Source: Promethearchaeota archaeon (lineage in GTDB: Archaea > Asgardarchaeota > Lokiarchaeia > Sigyniarchaeales > SOKP01). Taken from it: a DNA stretch of 14,454 nucleotides. The notes below the pieces were generated by a model. That model saw nothing but the letters and a program-made list of their open reading frames with translations. It was not told the DNA's origin and searched no databases. The stretch's first letter is position 1, and each line of letters opens with the position of its first letter. The DNA is taken from the NCBI GenBank assembly GCA_048941265.1, contig JBHLNT010000102.1:1-14454 (forward strand). Reading direction: 5' to 3'. The translations under genes were made by a program, and so were the position numbers. Below are positions 1-6,995 of this stretch, piece after piece.

Positions 1-426
1 GGTACAAAACCCGAAATTGAAGTTTACGACGCAGGAGGCTTACAAAATATTGCCTTTCTACAGATGAAGAAAATACTTGTCGAACCTCTTCATTTCCAGT
101 TCGTCTTTGGCGTTTTGGGTGGTCTGCCATTTACGATTAATACTCTACAATATTTTTTAAATCATAAACCTCCAGATGCTACGTGGTCAGTCTGTGGAGT
201 TGCTCATCAACAATTTGAGGCGGGATTATGTGCAGCAGCTTTAGGAGGACACATTCGAGTTGGATTAGAGGATAATATTCGAAATATAAAAGGTGAATTG
301 GCCAAAGGATCTTGGGAACAAGTCGAATGGGCTGTAAAAGTGGCAGAGTTGGCAGGCAGGGAACCGGCGACCCCAGACGAAACACGTAAGATGTTGGGCT
401 TAAAAGAGGGTACAATTAATATCTAA
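1..426 (+). CDS. Beta-keto acid cleavage enzyme (BKACE/DUF849, 3-keto-5-aminohexanoate cleavage protein family), 5'-truncated by the window edge
   Basis: Frame 1 is open from base 1 (GTKPEIEVYDAGGLQNIAFLQMKK...), so the ATG at 64 in the ORF track is internal. Family motifs PExExYD, HFQFVFGVLGG, TWSVCG, GGHIRVGLEDN (metal-ligand Glu) and GREPATPDE are present. It aligns with the next gene at about 90/142 identities by hand. Confidence 0.93.
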   Translation, partial: GTKPEIEVYDAGGLQNIAFLQMKKILVEPLHFQFVFGVLGGLPFTINTLQYFLNHKPPDATWSVCGVAHQQFEAGLCAAALGGHIRVGLEDNIRNIKGELAKGSWEQVEWAVKVAELAGREPATPDETRKMLGLKEGTINI

Positions 427-445
427 TTTTTTTTTCTTTTTTTTC
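427..445 (+). terminator. Oligo-T archaeal-type terminator candidate
   Basis: A near-pure T run begins immediately after the TAA at 424-426. Confidence 0.6.
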
Positions 446-495
446 AAACTTCTTATTTTTATTCTTTATATTTATTATATTTTGATTATAAGCTT

Positions 496-508
496 AAAAC
501 TTAAATTA
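496..508 (+). promoter_or_regulatory. Putative BRE/TATA (AAAACTTAAATTA) for the second BKACE gene
   Basis: An A-run followed by CTTAAAT resembles the motifs at 3757, 6935 and 8006. A GAGGT SD-like site lies at 574-578. The AT-rich background limits certainty. Confidence 0.35.
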
Positions 509-590
509 ATAGGTGTTTTAATTTATCCAGACTTTATTTTACATATTAAATACAAAATAAAAATACTAATTTTGAGGTAAGAGATGAAAA

Positions 591-1487
591 ATGTCTGAAG
601 ATTTGTCAAACAAGTTAGTGATAAGTGCCGCTCTAGCTGGAGCTGTTACTGTTAAACAGCAAAATCCTGCTGTTCCTTATACCCCTGAAGAATTTGGGGA
701 AGAAGCCAGGAAATGTTATGAAGCAGGTGCTGCCATCGTGCATATACATGCAAGAGATCCTGAAAAAGGGAATCCTACACATAATTTAGACCAAATCAGA
801 ACAGTATTAAAAGCTATAAAACAAAAAGCTCCAAAAATATTAATCAATTTAAGTACAGCAATAAGTGCCGTAGCAACTGAAAAGGAAAGAATTGCTCCTG
901 TTAAAACTTTTCAACCTCCATTAGCATCTTTAAATACTAACTCAATGAATTTCAGCGTTGGCGATCATAAGACTGGAAAAGTAACCATGGGAAATACCAA
1001 TGTTTTTGTTAATAATTTTCGAATGGTTGAAAAATTCGCCAAGGAAATGAAAAAAGTTGGAACGAAACCTGAGATGGAAGTGTATGATTATGGAGGGATG
1101 TATAATATGGTCTTCTTAAATAGACAAGAGAGGCTTTTTGTGCAGCCACTTCATTTTCAATTGGTCTGGGGCGTTCTGGGAGGAATACCCTTTTCTTACC
1201 AAAATCTAGCAAATCTTCTCAATTTAATGCCAGAAGGGTCCACTTGGAGTGTGTGTGGTGTTGCAAGAGATCAATTTCGTGCAGCTATGTGCGCCGCACC
1301 AATGGGAGGACATATAAGAGTCGGTTTAGAAGACAACATACGATTAATTGATGGTAATTTAGCAAAAGGATCCTATGAACAGGTAGAATGGGCCGCAAAA
1401 GTAGCAAGAATCGCTGGACGAGAACTTGCCACTCCTGATGAGGCTCGTAAGATATTTCACTTGAAAGAGGGTTCAGTTATTTTATAA
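591..1487 (+). CDS. Beta-keto acid cleavage enzyme (BKACE/DUF849 family), 298 aa
   Basis: Motifs ISAALAGA, PYTPEE, EAGAAIVHIHAR (HxH metal ligands), NSMNF, PEMEVYD, GGHIRVGLEDN and GRELATPDEAR give a complete Kce-like TIM barrel. Confidence 0.95.
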   Translation: MSEDLSNKLVISAALAGAVTVKQQNPAVPYTPEEFGEEARKCYEAGAAIVHIHARDPEKGNPTHNLDQIRTVLKAIKQKAPKILINLSTAISAVATEKERIAPVKTFQPPLASLNTNSMNFSVGDHKTGKVTMGNTNVFVNNFRMVEKFAKEMKKVGTKPEMEVYDYGGMYNMVFLNRQERLFVQPLHFQLVWGVLGGIPFSYQNLANLLNLMPEGSTWSVCGVARDQFRAAMCAAPMGGHIRVGLEDNIRLIDGNLAKGSYEQVEWAAKVARIAGRELATPDEARKIFHLKEGSVIL

Positions 1488-1495
1488 ACAATTAA

Positions 1496-1511
1496 TTTTT
1501 TATTTTTTTTT
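1496..1511 (+). terminator. Oligo-T terminator candidate
   Basis: A T-rich tract starts 8 nt after the stop at 1487. Confidence 0.55.
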
Positions 1512-1574
1512 ATACTTATAGCAAATAAGAGTATTGAGATAGTTCATATAAAACAAGACTGCAAATTTGATCTT

Positions 1575-1597
1575 TTCTATTAATAAAATTAATAGAA
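1575..1597. repeat. Perfect 10-bp inverted repeat TTCTATTAAT-aaa-ATTAATAGAA between convergent genes
   Basis: Read directly from the sequence. It lies about 30 nt past the stop of the minus-strand DUF35 gene and may be a 3' hairpin. Confidence 0.5.
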
Positions 1598-1626
1598 CAA
1601 ATAATTGAAAATAAAAAGTAAATAAT

Positions 1627-2229
1627 TTAATACGTAAAAAATTCTGGTAAATCCGATTCAGGAGTACCTTCTAATACAAACATAAGATCCATAATAGTAT
1701 ATGTTGGATTTTTAGTTCGAAAGATCGGGACAACTCTTTTTCCGATTTCTGGTTCACCAACCGACAAAACGCTCATCAAAATAGTAACTACTTCCTTATC
1801 GAATTCTACGTTGATAAATTTAATCGGTTTTGGAAGTGTGTTAAAGGCTCCCGAACGATGTGTTATTATGAAGGAATGAATTTTAGCCGTTTTTTGTGCC
1901 TTTTCAGTGATATCTACGACAGTAGCTTTTCTCAAACAATCTGGACAATAGATTCTAAAAGGTTCAAATATAGAACCTTTTGTCTCACAATTATCATTAT
2001 CGCATCGAGTTGCCATTAATTTTCCTTTTCCAAGGGATTCGAAAAATATTGCTTCTCCCCCATATGAATGAATATAGGTCATATCTCTTGGATTTGTTAC
2101 TCCTACTAATTTTCCTGTATCTTTATTAAATATAGGTTGATTAGCTTCCACAATATGAAAGGTTCCTTTTGGTTTATATCTTCCATTTATGACCTCAACA
2201 AAACCTTTTTCCTCATTAGTTTTTGGCAT
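1627..2229 (-). CDS. DUF35 family protein (Zn ribbon + OB fold), thiolase-associated, 200 aa
   Basis: FFESLGKGKLMATRC-x4-C...PFRIYCPDC forms the Zn ribbon, followed by an OB-fold segment (AKIHSF...INVEF...IGKRVVPIF). It starts 3 nt after the thiolase stop and has a strong SD. Confidence 0.9.
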   Translation of the reverse strand: MPKTNEEKGFVEVINGRYKPKGTFHIVEANQPIFNKDTGKLVGVTNPRDMTYIHSYGGEAIFFESLGKGKLMATRCDNDNCETKGSIFEPFRIYCPDCLRKATVVDITEKAQKTAKIHSFIITHRSGAFNTLPKPIKFINVEFDKEVVTILMSVLSVGEPEIGKRVVPIFRTKNPTYTIMDLMFVLEGTPESDLPEFFTY

Positions 2230-2232
2230 ATA

Positions 2233-3654
2233 TTAATCCTCCTTTATTAGTTTATTTGGATCCATTAATATGGTACAAGTTACATGGGAGCCTACTCCCG
2301 CATGACTTATTGCCAAACCCCGTTTAGCTCCCTTTACCTGTAGGCTAGTCCAATCTTTTGGTTTTTCACGTCCGAATGCTTTCCATTTTTCTTCAGGTTC
2401 ATGAATTTCATCCCATCGATTCCAAATGTGATACCCAATTTCAGCGATTTGCATAAGTCCTGTTGCTCCCACAGCATGCATACATCCAATTAAACCTCCA
2501 GAAGGGTTGCTTGGAAGTTTTCCTGGTTTTTTCGTAATGGGATTAATTACATAGGCATCCCCTGATTCAATATATTTTCTTCCCTCTCCATATGGTCTAA
2601 TCCCAATATCTTCATAAGTCTGGATATCACTTATTGTAAAAGCGTCATGAAGTTCTACAAGATCAAGATCTTCAGATGGATCGACTACTCCAGACATATG
2701 ATATGCATAATAAGCAGCCATGCGTGCTGCTAAAAAGCTTGAAAATCCAGGATATCGGTCCCCTCCTGGAAATCTCTTCCCTAAATCATCATATTGATTA
2801 AGTTTTTCATTTGGTAAAAGAGGTATCTTCATATTTCGTCGGTCTGCCACTCTTAAAGTATGACTTGCTGCAGCAATATAAATTCTAAGAGGATGATCAG
2901 TTATCTCATAAGCAGTTTTTTCATCGCATACAATTCCGCATGCAGCACCAACGCTCATTAAACAGCAATCTAGAACACGGAGAGGATATGCTACAATTGG
3001 TGAGTTTAAAACATCTTCAATTGTAATTTTCAAAGGTCCTTGAGCATGTGGATTCATTCTAGCATAACCTCGATTTTTTACCGCTATCTCTGCCATAGTT
3101 CTCCTAAAGGAATCTTCTTCTTTCCCAAATATTTTCCAATATCTCTGTGCCATAACTGCATAATAGCCAGTATAAATATGTCCCAGAGGAGTTTCCCAAT
3201 CCTTATCTGCTGCGCAAGAAATGAGATGATTGCCCTCATCAGTAGGTACTTCATCCATTCTCTCCCAACCTAGAGCAAGTGCACAGTCGCTATATCCTGA
3301 AGCAACAGTTTTTACAGCTTCCCACATAGCTGATCCTCCAGTAGCACCTCCAGTCTTTACACCTATATTTCCTAAAGGATCTAATCCAAGTCTATCATGA
3401 ATTACTGCTTCTCCCAACAATTGATCGCCAAAGTGATCAGCAAAGTGTCCATAATAACAAGTATGAATATATTTTTTTAATTCTGTGGGTGTCATTCCTA
3501 CGAAATCAGAAGCTGCTGTTAAAGCATCAATACAAAGTTCCTCAGTTCTAGTTTCTGGAAATGCCCTATCAAATTTTGACATCCCTACTGTTACAAGATA
3601 TACGGGTCTCATTAATTTAGGGATCTTTAGTTGTTTTTCACTAAATCTAATCAT
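2233..3654 (-). CDS. Thiolase-fold protein (SCP2/archaeal acetyl-CoA acetyltransferase-like) lacking canonical catalytic Cys, 473 aa
   Basis: Motifs VGMSKF, VASG...ALGWERM, AVKNR...NPHAQ, DCCLMSVGAA, VELHDAF, NPSGGL and HAVGATG are present. I prefer the ATG at 3654 (MIRFSEKQ, with GTGA SD-like site upstream) to the TTG at 3702 in the ORF track. Confidence 0.92.
   Translation of the reverse strand: MIRFSEKQLKIPKLMRPVYLVTVGMSKFDRAFPETRTEELCIDALTAASDFVGMTPTELKKYIHTCYYGHFADHFGDQLLGEAVIHDRLGLDPLGNIGVKTGGATGGSAMWEAVKTVASGYSDCALALGWERMDEVPTDEGNHLISCAADKDWETPLGHIYTGYYAVMAQRYWKIFGKEEDSFRRTMAEIAVKNRGYARMNPHAQGPLKITIEDVLNSPIVAYPLRVLDCCLMSVGAACGIVCDEKTAYEITDHPLRIYIAAASHTLRVADRRNMKIPLLPNEKLNQYDDLGKRFPGGDRYPGFSSFLAARMAAYYAYHMSGVVDPSEDLDLVELHDAFTISDIQTYEDIGIRPYGEGRKYIESGDAYVINPITKKPGKLPSNPSGGLIGCMHAVGATGLMQIAEIGYHIWNRWDEIHEPEEKWKAFGREKPKDWTSLQVKGAKRGLAISHAGVGSHVTCTILMDPNKLIKED
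2237..2244 (-). promoter_or_regulatory. Shine-Dalgarno site (AAGGAGGA) of the DUF35 gene, inside the 3' end of the thiolase
   Basis: The reverse complement of tcctcctt sits 7 nt upstream of the ATG at 2229, consistent with translational coupling. Confidence 0.75.
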
Positions 3655-3756
3655 TTTTTTCACATATTCATATTTTAATTTATCATTTCTAATTAAAACC
3701 AAAATTTTATGTATTTAAGTAATACAGATATAAAACTATAAAATTTTTTTACCTTT

Positions 3757-3768
3757 AAACTTATATTT
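3757..3768 (+). promoter_or_regulatory. Putative BRE/TATA (AAACTTATATTT) for the acyl-CoA dehydrogenase in a divergent promoter region
   Basis: It lies about 55 nt upstream of the ATG at 3820, a spacing shared with the motifs at 6935 and 8006. A minus-strand CTTAAATA at 3712-3719 could serve the thiolase. Confidence 0.4.
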
Positions 3769-3819
3769 ATCATAGAGAATAATAATAAAATTAGCTAAAT
3801 TAAAGAGATAAAGATTAGT

Positions 3820-5157
3820 ATGGACACAAGACTTGCAGATTTTGAAGAAATCAAAATCCAAAAGTATGTTATGGAATTGGATTTATTAGCAAGCCCTATT
3901 CTAAATGCAAAAGAAAAAGAATTCTTGGCCGATTTTTATGATTTTTTAGAGAAAGATATTGATGAGGATTTGAGAGCTTTAGAAGAGTTAAACTATTATG
4001 TTGAGGAACCTACTCAGGATAAAAAAAGGGAAATTGTCGTCAGAATCATGAAAAAGTTGGCTGAAAATGGCTATTATTCAACAATACTTAATGAAGATGA
4101 ATTTGAAGTAGGAAAAATAACGAGAAACGCTCTCATTGCTTATGCATTATGCGGGGGAAGATGGTCCGATTATAGTGAACGTTATATTGCTGGAAACTGG
4201 AGCATTGAGATGGGTCGACTTGCAGGAGGAACTCTTTACTGCAATCCTGTAAATTATAGGGCTAATGAGTTCCAGAGAGAACATTTTTTAATACCAGTTG
4301 CTAAAGATGGTGCTATTGCATCTTCAGCAATGACAGAATTTAATGCTGGGAGTGACATATTTAGAATGGAGCTTAATTTACAAGTGACTGATGATAGTGT
4401 AATAGCTAAGGGAAAAAAAGTATTCATAACTAATGGAATGATCGCAGATTATATTATATTATATGGTCGATTAAATAATGGGCCTTTAGGTGCAGTTATT
4501 GTTGATACACAAAATCAGCAATTGAAAAACTTTAGATCTGCTAGGATAAGGACCTATGGAATGACTGACGCATTTGTAAGCCGTTTAATATTTGATAGAG
4601 TTGAACTCCCTAGGGAGAATATTCTTCAGGGAAATGGCTTGGATATCGCTTTTCATCAATTGACTGAGGAAAGATTAGTCATAGGTGCTGAAGCTTTGGG
4701 AGATGCCATGAAGAAATTACTTTATTCCCACACATATGCTTTACATCGCAGACAATTTGAAAGAAGACTCCACGAATACCAAGTTATTAGGTTTCCTATT
4801 TCAGCTAATATTCGCCAGCTAAATTTATTAATTACGGCATTAATAAATTACACGCGAGAACTGGATAAACGCCCCGAACTTGGAAGTTCGAAATTAATGG
4901 CTGCTCAGGCGATGGGATTAAAAATTCAAACTACTGAATTATCATTCGAAACTGCTATACATTGTTTTAGAACCATGGGCGGACGTGGGTTTATACGTCA
5001 ATATTCTAATCCTATTGGTTTACTTGACCCTTACTGCATGATTCACGGAGGAGGAAGTAACTATGTGTTAGAAGACAGTGAATCCAGGAGATACTTTAAG
5101 TACAAACCAACTAGGACTGAACTTGAGGATGTAATCCACAGAATAGATTTAGAGTAA
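3820..5157 (+). CDS. Acyl-CoA dehydrogenase family protein, 445 aa
   Basis: SAMTEFNAGSD, GKKVFITNG, LTEERL, RRQFERRL..YQVI, MGGRGF and IHGGGS occur in canonical ACAD order. Confidence 0.95.
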   Translation: MDTRLADFEEIKIQKYVMELDLLASPILNAKEKEFLADFYDFLEKDIDEDLRALEELNYYVEEPTQDKKREIVVRIMKKLAENGYYSTILNEDEFEVGKITRNALIAYALCGGRWSDYSERYIAGNWSIEMGRLAGGTLYCNPVNYRANEFQREHFLIPVAKDGAIASSAMTEFNAGSDIFRMELNLQVTDDSVIAKGKKVFITNGMIADYIILYGRLNNGPLGAVIVDTQNQQLKNFRSARIRTYGMTDAFVSRLIFDRVELPRENILQGNGLDIAFHQLTEERLVIGAEALGDAMKKLLYSHTYALHRRQFERRLHEYQVIRFPISANIRQLNLLITALINYTRELDKRPELGSSKLMAAQAMGLKIQTTELSFETAIHCFRTMGGRGFIRQYSNPIGLLDPYCMIHGGGSNYVLEDSESRRYFKYKPTRTELEDVIHRIDLE

Positions 5158-5174
5158 TTTTATTACTTTTTTTT
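5158..5174 (+). terminator. Oligo-T terminator candidate
   Basis: A T-rich tract, including a T8 run at 5167-5174, directly follows the TAA. Confidence 0.5.
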
Positions 5175-5262
5175 CTCTATTTATAATATCATTATTTTTG
5201 GATTTTACTTTTATTATAAATTATCAGAGGATGGGTTATTAAATAGAGTCTCTTAATTAATA

Positions 5263-6243
5263 ATGATCATGGACTACTATTACAATTTTGAAAGCCTGGA
5301 TATAACTCGGTTGGTAGAACAGTATAGAGGAAAAAAAATCGAAGAAATTTACCCCAATCATGAAGTAGTAATTGTTGAAACCGGAAAATTTATGAAAATT
5401 ATATGGAGGGAAGATAACTTTCCGTGTAATCTCAACTTATTAAAAACTAAGGATAGTCTGATGCGGAACCTTAAGACGGTGTATTATATCGGTGATTGCA
5501 TTGAACAACAATTATTTAAAAGAGGCATAAAAACACTTAATGATTTATTAATCCACTTAAAATACAAGAACTCCGCACGAAAAGTCTTGGACTTAATAAA
5601 TTGTAGGGATTATAAAAATCTCTGTTATAATCGATATATTTATGACTTAGATGTTTTATTTTGTTTTGACCTCGAAGAACTTCTGTTTCTGGATATTGAA
5701 ACATTAGGTTTGTATGATAGTCCTATAATTATTGTTGGACTAGGATTTTTTAAGGAAGGAGAATTTGAAATTCATCAATATTTTGCAAAGGATTTAGAAG
5801 ATGAAATTGCAATATGTGATTATCTTAGAAATCAGATACTTCCTCGCTTTAAAACGTTCATAACTTATAATGGGAAAAGTTTTGATATTCCCTATATAGC
5901 TAATCGATTTTTATATTATTTTGACGAAAATCCTATGATCTCAGATGAAGACGAGCCTTATCAAAAAAGTAATACTATCTTTCACCATGTAGACCTGTAT
6001 TGGAATTGCCGACGGAAATTTAAAGGACAATTTCAAAGTTATACTCTAACATCGATGGAAGAAGAGTTATTAGCTTGGAAAAGAGCTAATGAACTACCAA
6101 GTAATTTAGTGGGAGTGTGTTATAAAAAATATAAAAAGGATCCCGAAAGGTATGTGGGCTTAATTAAAGAAATTATTGAACATAATTACTATGATCTATA
6201 TTCAATGCCACTTATTTTAAATAAGCTTTTAAATTCAGAATAG
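5263..6243 (+). CDS. YprB/MrfB-like RNase H-superfamily (DEDD) exonuclease, 326 aa
   Basis: ExoI FLDIETLGL, ExoII TYNGKSFDIPYI, HVDLY and ExoIII HNYYDL are present, with an N-terminal HhH-like segment (KTVYYIGDCIEQQLFKRGIKTL). The start could be the ATG at 5263 or 5269. Confidence 0.9.
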   Translation: MIMDYYYNFESLDITRLVEQYRGKKIEEIYPNHEVVIVETGKFMKIIWREDNFPCNLNLLKTKDSLMRNLKTVYYIGDCIEQQLFKRGIKTLNDLLIHLKYKNSARKVLDLINCRDYKNLCYNRYIYDLDVLFCFDLEELLFLDIETLGLYDSPIIIVGLGFFKEGEFEIHQYFAKDLEDEIAICDYLRNQILPRFKTFITYNGKSFDIPYIANRFLYYFDENPMISDEDEPYQKSNTIFHHVDLYWNCRRKFKGQFQSYTLTSMEEELLAWKRANELPSNLVGVCYKKYKKDPERYVGLIKEIIEHNYYDLYSMPLILNKLLNSE

Positions 6244-6253
6244 TTTATATAAA
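6244..6253 (+). promoter_or_regulatory. TATA box candidate (TTTATATAAA), implying a nearly leaderless methyltransferase mRNA
   Basis: It lies 22-31 nt upstream of the ATG at 6275 with a purine-rich stretch on its 5' side and no SD visible. Confidence 0.45.
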
Positions 6254-6274
6254 AAAGCTATTTTTTATTAACTA

Positions 6275-6925
6275 ATGTTGTATAGTAACGAGATTCTTGC
6301 TTTGAATAAAAAAGCGTGGAATAATATCGCTGCGAAATATGAAAAATACCGTCCAAAATGGCTTGAAGAGCCTTCTATATTATTTGATTATTTTTGTTCC
6401 AAATTAATTCCTGGAAGTTATATTTTAGATATAGGATCTGGTACCGGCTTACCTTACGCAAAATCTCTTACGGAGCATGGATTTAAGGTGTTAGGGATTG
6501 ATATTTCAGAGGATATGATTGAAATCTCGAAAAAAAATGTACCAAAAGCGCAATTTGAGAGATTATCTATGACTGAGATAAATTATTATAATAAGTTTGA
6601 TGGAGCTCTTTCTTCATTTTCCATGCTTATGCTTAACCCGATACAATTTAGAGATGTTGCGAAAAGAATTATAAAAGCGATAAAAAAAAATGGATTGTTT
6701 TATCTTTCATTAAATGAACCGTGGGAAGAGTGTATAGATGTTGATAAAGAAGTTATAATTGAGATAATGGGTGAAAAAATGTATTCAAGAGCCTATACAA
6801 AAGAAGAAGTTCTCGAAACCTTTACTCCATTCAATATGACACTTCTCAAATTTAACCGTGAAATTCAAAAATCTAAACTTTTTGGTATTGAGCATACTAC
6901 CATTTACATTTTCAAAAAAGTTTGA
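6275..6925 (+). CDS. Class I SAM-dependent methyltransferase, 216 aa
   Basis: Motif I ILDIGSGTG, followed by VLGIDIS..MI, KFDG and IKKNGLFYL. The substrate is unknown. Confidence 0.93.
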   Translation: MLYSNEILALNKKAWNNIAAKYEKYRPKWLEEPSILFDYFCSKLIPGSYILDIGSGTGLPYAKSLTEHGFKVLGIDISEDMIEISKKNVPKAQFERLSMTEINYYNKFDGALSSFSMLMLNPIQFRDVAKRIIKAIKKNGLFYLSLNEPWEECIDVDKEVIIEIMGEKMYSRAYTKEEVLETFTPFNMTLLKFNREIQKSKLFGIEHTTIYIFKKV

Positions 6926-6934
6926 TTTTTCAAG

Positions 6935-6947
6935 AAAAAGTATATAA
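6935..6947 (+). promoter_or_regulatory. Putative BRE/TATA (AAAAAGTATATAA) for the radical SAM gene
   Basis: An A-run plus TATATAA lies about 55 nt upstream of the ATG at 6996. Confidence 0.45.
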
Positions 6948-6995
6948 TCAATAAAAATTCAATTTTATTTAAGAAATATATTAATAAGAAAAACC

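Noticed and set aside
179-415. 78-aa minus-strand ORF
   Set aside because: It is antisense to the well-supported BKACE gene and has no recognisable motif.
1009-1212. 67-aa minus-strand ORF
   Set aside because: It is a shadow ORF inside the second BKACE gene.
3655-3702. TTG-initiated N-terminal extension of the thiolase
   Set aside because: The AT-rich segment looks like leader sequence, and the ATG at 3654 has an SD-like GTGA and fits the promoter spacing better.
3040-3718. Two 77-aa plus-strand ORFs (3040-3273 and 3485-3718)
   Set aside because: Both are antisense to the thiolase, use non-ATG starts and show no motifs.
5175-5248. AT-rich inverted repeats (ATTTATAATA/TATTATAAAT and CTCTATTTA/TAAATAGAG) as an ncRNA
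   Set aside because: They are nearly all A/T, overlap terminator and promoter-like sequence, and are plausible by chance.
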